From Amoebophrya sp. A120 (lineage: Eukaryota; Protista; Dinoflagellata): a stretch of DNA of 64,000 nucleotides. Position numbers and translations under genes: made by a program. The notes below the pieces were generated by a model, which had not been told where the DNA came from, did no database searches, and saw only the letters and a list, made by a program, of their open reading frames with translations. Each line of letters begins with the position of its first letter. The first letter of the stretch is position 1. The DNA lies in contig CAJINV010000009.1 in assembly GCA_905178155.1 (NCBI GenBank), positions 1,961,373-2,025,372 on the forward strand, written 5' to 3'. Below, in pieces: positions 60,368 through 64,000 of this stretch.

Positions 60368-63300
60368 TTAGACAACGAAATGCTTCAGTCCATACTGGAT
60401 TTTTGGGCGGACCAGAGACTCCAGAACTGAATACGGCACAGTCAAATTTCTATCCCTTCCGAGCGCCAGGCGCTTGGAAAACTCTTCCGTCAGATGGACG
60501 CCACGGAATCGCTCCTCGCCAAAGTCGTCGTAGGGGTTGTCCAACGGCAGGTCGGGAACCCCGATTTGCAGATTGTCGTACGTGACCCCCGCTTTCCGCA
60601 AGAAGTCTGAGTAGTACCCCATGCTCCGACGGCTCGGCAACCGATCGTAGTGCGGGCTTGACGATGTCGGACTTGTTGTTGGCACCTGGCGTTGTGCGGC
60701 AGCTCTTGTTGTGCTGATCGGAACACCAGTTTCTTGACTTCCTTCCGCTCTACCCGTAGCAAGATATGGATCGAGATTTTTTTCATCACCCGCCGAGTAG
60801 TACGTGGCGATGGTGTCATTTCCAAGCCTTTTGCAATGGATTTCCTTGTACCGGTCGGGGTACAGCCGGCGACGCCGCAGAACCTCGTGGTGGGCATAGG
60901 AGTTCTGCTATTCGCTGAAAATCGTTCATCCCCAACCACATTTTGCATGACAAAAGTCGGCTCCCACTTCACTCGCGCGCGCGCGCGCACGACCATGTCC
61001 TGCATGACAAATTGGATGGGACTGCTTGAGTTCCAGGGAATATCTGCGTCCGGTCCCAGGAAAGGGATATGCTGCTATCTGCGGTGCGGAACACCCAAGG
61101 TTCCATCTCTTGCCACATCATGCCCTTCAACGCGTCGCACCGCCAGTGATCCTGTGATTTCTTTTCCTGCTTTTCCACTGAATTTATGTCTGCACGATCT
61201 TCAGGCTCTACATTTCGTAAACTACCACGTTTCTGCTCTCCCACTTCGTCCTTCTCCGCACCGGTGGCGGCGACCGCGGCCCCTTCGCCGAGACTGATTT
61301 CGATCATGTAACTTTTGTTGCCCGGTCGCATGAAAATGGTGTTCACGATGTCGGCTCCGTGCATGGCAATCACGATGAAGGCCCGGTGCATCAACCGCAT
61401 CTGCTCGCAGGGCGTCTTCGAGGTCATCTTCACGCGCTGAAACTCGATTTGCGTGCGAAATTCTTTGTATTGCAGCTGGAATCTCTGCAAAATCTCCTGC
61501 AGGTTCGTGATCTGCCGGTTGTTGCCATCTTTTTCCATAAACAAGACCAGAAGCTTGCTGCTTGACGTTCTTCGCGGCATTCCCTTTTCAAGATTCTGGT
61601 CTGGTGCGGATCTTCTAGTACTATCCGGTTGTAGTTCTCTTTTGCTCGTTGGATCTTGCACGTGGTGGCTGTCCTGGTTTATGATTCCGCATTCCGCCCA
61701 GACCAGCTCCCGGAATCGTGCCAGTGCTTCTGGGGTGCTGATACCGTCGTGGGCGCGCTGCACGACGAAACTCGGATATCCAACCTCCTGGATTGTGGTA
61801 ACCGCGGCTGAAAGAAATTTCAATCTCTTCCGCTTTCTCTTTCGAAAAGTTGTTCCCCCGTTATTTGATGGTTCTATAGGTGAAGAACCTGGTCTCTGGC
61901 GTGGTGGTTCCCTCGTGCCACTCGTAGTCGACATAGAGAGCAGGTGGGGCGGATCAGCACCCGCGTAAAAGGCTCGCTCCTCGTCGTCGAGCATGACTTC
62001 GCCTAGGCTACTATCTCGGAAAGCGTCAGCAGCATTCTGCTCAGGCGCTGTCTCGAATGTTGCTTCAACAGCCGCTGCATCACTCTGTGCAACCTCGTTG
62101 GCTGAAAGGCTATGATGAGGCTTTTGCGCCGTCTCGTGTGGCGTGGTGAGCAAAGATGTTGAACCATGATCGTCGTCCGCGTCCTCAGCGTCTATTCCGT
62201 AAGGTGATGTGCCATCGGTGTGCTCGGCGCTGCCTCCGTCGTGTTCCATTTCTTCTTTCGGCACCGCGTAATCGTAGCCATAAAGCAAAAACTGGTGCTG
62301 CCGTTCCGTATCATACATGGGAACGTTTTGCTTCGACGCGTCAAACTTGCTCATGGAACTATCAACATCTTCACTCCTACTCTCTACTTCATCGCCGTTA
62401 ACGTCGGTGTTCGAAGATGTTTTCGGTAGCGGGTCGTACTTCCAATCGATGCAGTGTCTCCCGGTGATGCTTGTTTTGATGAATTCCCTGTCCAGAGGCC
62501 CGTGGTAATCCATGAAGTAGGGCGGATCCAGGTACATGCAGAACTCGACCGCGCTCCAAATGTGGGCGAATTTCTCGCGCAAGTGCTTGAACAAAACGTC
62601 CAGCAGGAACTTGTTGTGCGGCAACAGCGAGTGAAAGTCCTGCAGAAATTTCGTTGGGAGGATAAAGGGCTGCAGGTTTTCCCGCTCGATCCAGGTCAAA
62701 AACCAGTCACTGGTGAAGAGCTCGAAGAACCAGATCACCATCCGCGTGAAGTGACTGATGTTCTGCCACTCTGAGGCCATGACCACGATCGTGTTGCTAA
62801 ACTCCTTCACGGGATTCACCGGGAAAACGTGGTAGGGGTCGAAAGGGAGCTTGTCATCTTGCTCGTGTTCAACAGCAAAACGGCTCGAGGAGGATATTGA
62901 CGGTGTACTGCTCTGAAGATCGTCGGGCGCTTGTAGTTCGTTCACCTGATCACGTCCTTGAAGATCCTCTCCTTCACTACGAAGAACACCATGATCACCA
63001 GTTGCGCCCAGTCGTTCCTTCTCCCGATCCACCTCTTCCGCGAAGGCTTTCCGCCAGGTCTGGCGGTGGTAAAACTCCACACTGTCCTCGTCTTGAATGA
63101 TCCCGCTCAGGTTCGACACGAACGGAAAATCCTCGATCGGCCGCCCCGTGCGGGACGCGATCAGGTCGTTACTCGGGTTGCCCCGGCGAAACCAGATGTT
63201 GCTCGCGTCCCGATCCGGAATGCGGATCACCTTTTCGCGGATCATGGTGGACAGAAAGTTAGTCACCTCCGTCACCGTTACCGCGGTGAAATTCTTATTC

Positions 63301-63981
63301 TGTGCTTTTGTTGCAGGTGGTCGCTCACTATCCTCTGGTCGCGCGGCGGTCGAAGAAGAACTTTCTGCGACGACGCTGCTGGGGTGGTCCTGGTCGTCCA
63401 CGCGCTGGAGATGCTGTTCCGTTGGAGAAGAAAGCTGGAACACATCTGGTATGCCGAACCGCACCACACCCTTTGGATACCGGTCGGATCCGTGCACGAG
63501 AAAAGTCTCGTACCCGCGCGTTTCCCATATCCGATCCGGAAATCTTCGAAAGTACTTCTGGTTCAGAACGCGGAACAACGGCCATAACATGTTTACTTAG
63601 ACGGAAAAATAAACAAGCAACGGACTAACTTCTACGAAGAGATGCATCAATACATGGACGATTCTTAGTCGGTCGAGAGCCGAACAAAAGCACTCCTGGA
63701 GCTGCAGGCTGAGGGAAGGTTTTACCGAAGCAAATCAATGCAAAAGAAAAAGGAGCTAATCGGCCGTCCTAGTCGCACTCGCAATACTGGCTCTGGTGCT
63801 GCGTAATTTTCCGGTGATAATATTCAAGGGAGTATCCGTTGTATCCGCCGTGTGTTTTCAAATTGGCCAGGGCGCCAAGCTTCTCGACGATGTCCATCGG
63901 GGTCAGCGTTTCGAAATATCTGTTCACTGCGGATCGCTGGTCCGATCTAGATCCCGACTTGCGTGTCGTGCAGAGATTCAA
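60368..63981 (-). CDS. Glycosyltransferase family 61 (DUF563)-like protein; 5' end probably outside the window
   Basis: Signature EQMRLMHRAFIVIAMHGADIVNTIFMRPG..MIEI, plus RQITN and NISHF. The frame continues across the 60909-61042 element (DRTQ-NSYAHH) into ORF 60368-60685. Probable upstream exon at 63769-63981. Confidence 0.75.
60909..61042. mobile_element. 134-bp degenerate TAT...ATA introner
   Basis: TATTCGCTG and CAGGGAATA ends; TSD TCTGC; two internal GCATGACAAA motifs. Confidence 0.88.
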
Positions 63982-64000
63982 AAGATTCTTCGCGCGCTGC

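Noticed and set aside
60964-60978. (CG)n run inside an introner, possible Z-DNA
   Set aside because: Short, present in only one element, and probably simple slippage.
3116-61047. Rule that every sense-strand TSD begins with G, so that ATA+G makes the AG acceptor
   Set aside because: It holds for four elements, but CAGGA, CGGCT and AAGTT break it.

Overview
This is eukaryotic, protist-type DNA. The one-strand gene arrangement, long low-complexity insertions and non-canonical introns resemble the parasitic dinoflagellate Amoebophrya (Syndiniales); that taxon call is an inference. All host genes lie on the minus strand: a Pro/Cys-rich secreted protein, a GCN5-like GNAT acetyltransferase, a DDX60-like helicase, an LRR/EF-hand protein, a secreted O-methyltransferase-like protein, a ~3,970-codon EF-hand/repeat protein, an unknown secreted protein and a GT61 glycosyltransferase. 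Only a LINE fragment and a small basic-tailed ORF at the left edge are on the plus strand. The main signal is a set of seven DNA-transposon-like elements (115 bp to 2.9 kb). Each starts with TAT, ends with ATA, has terminal inverted repeats (TIRs) and is flanked by an exact 5-bp target-site duplication (TSD). Six sit inside coding exons. Removing the element plus one TSD restores the reading frame exactly, yet none of these junctions can be read as GT-AG or GC-AG. One element is filled with 2.6 kb of satellite. Another has ~180-bp TIRs, nested repeats, a multi-hairpin segment and a possible degraded transposase.
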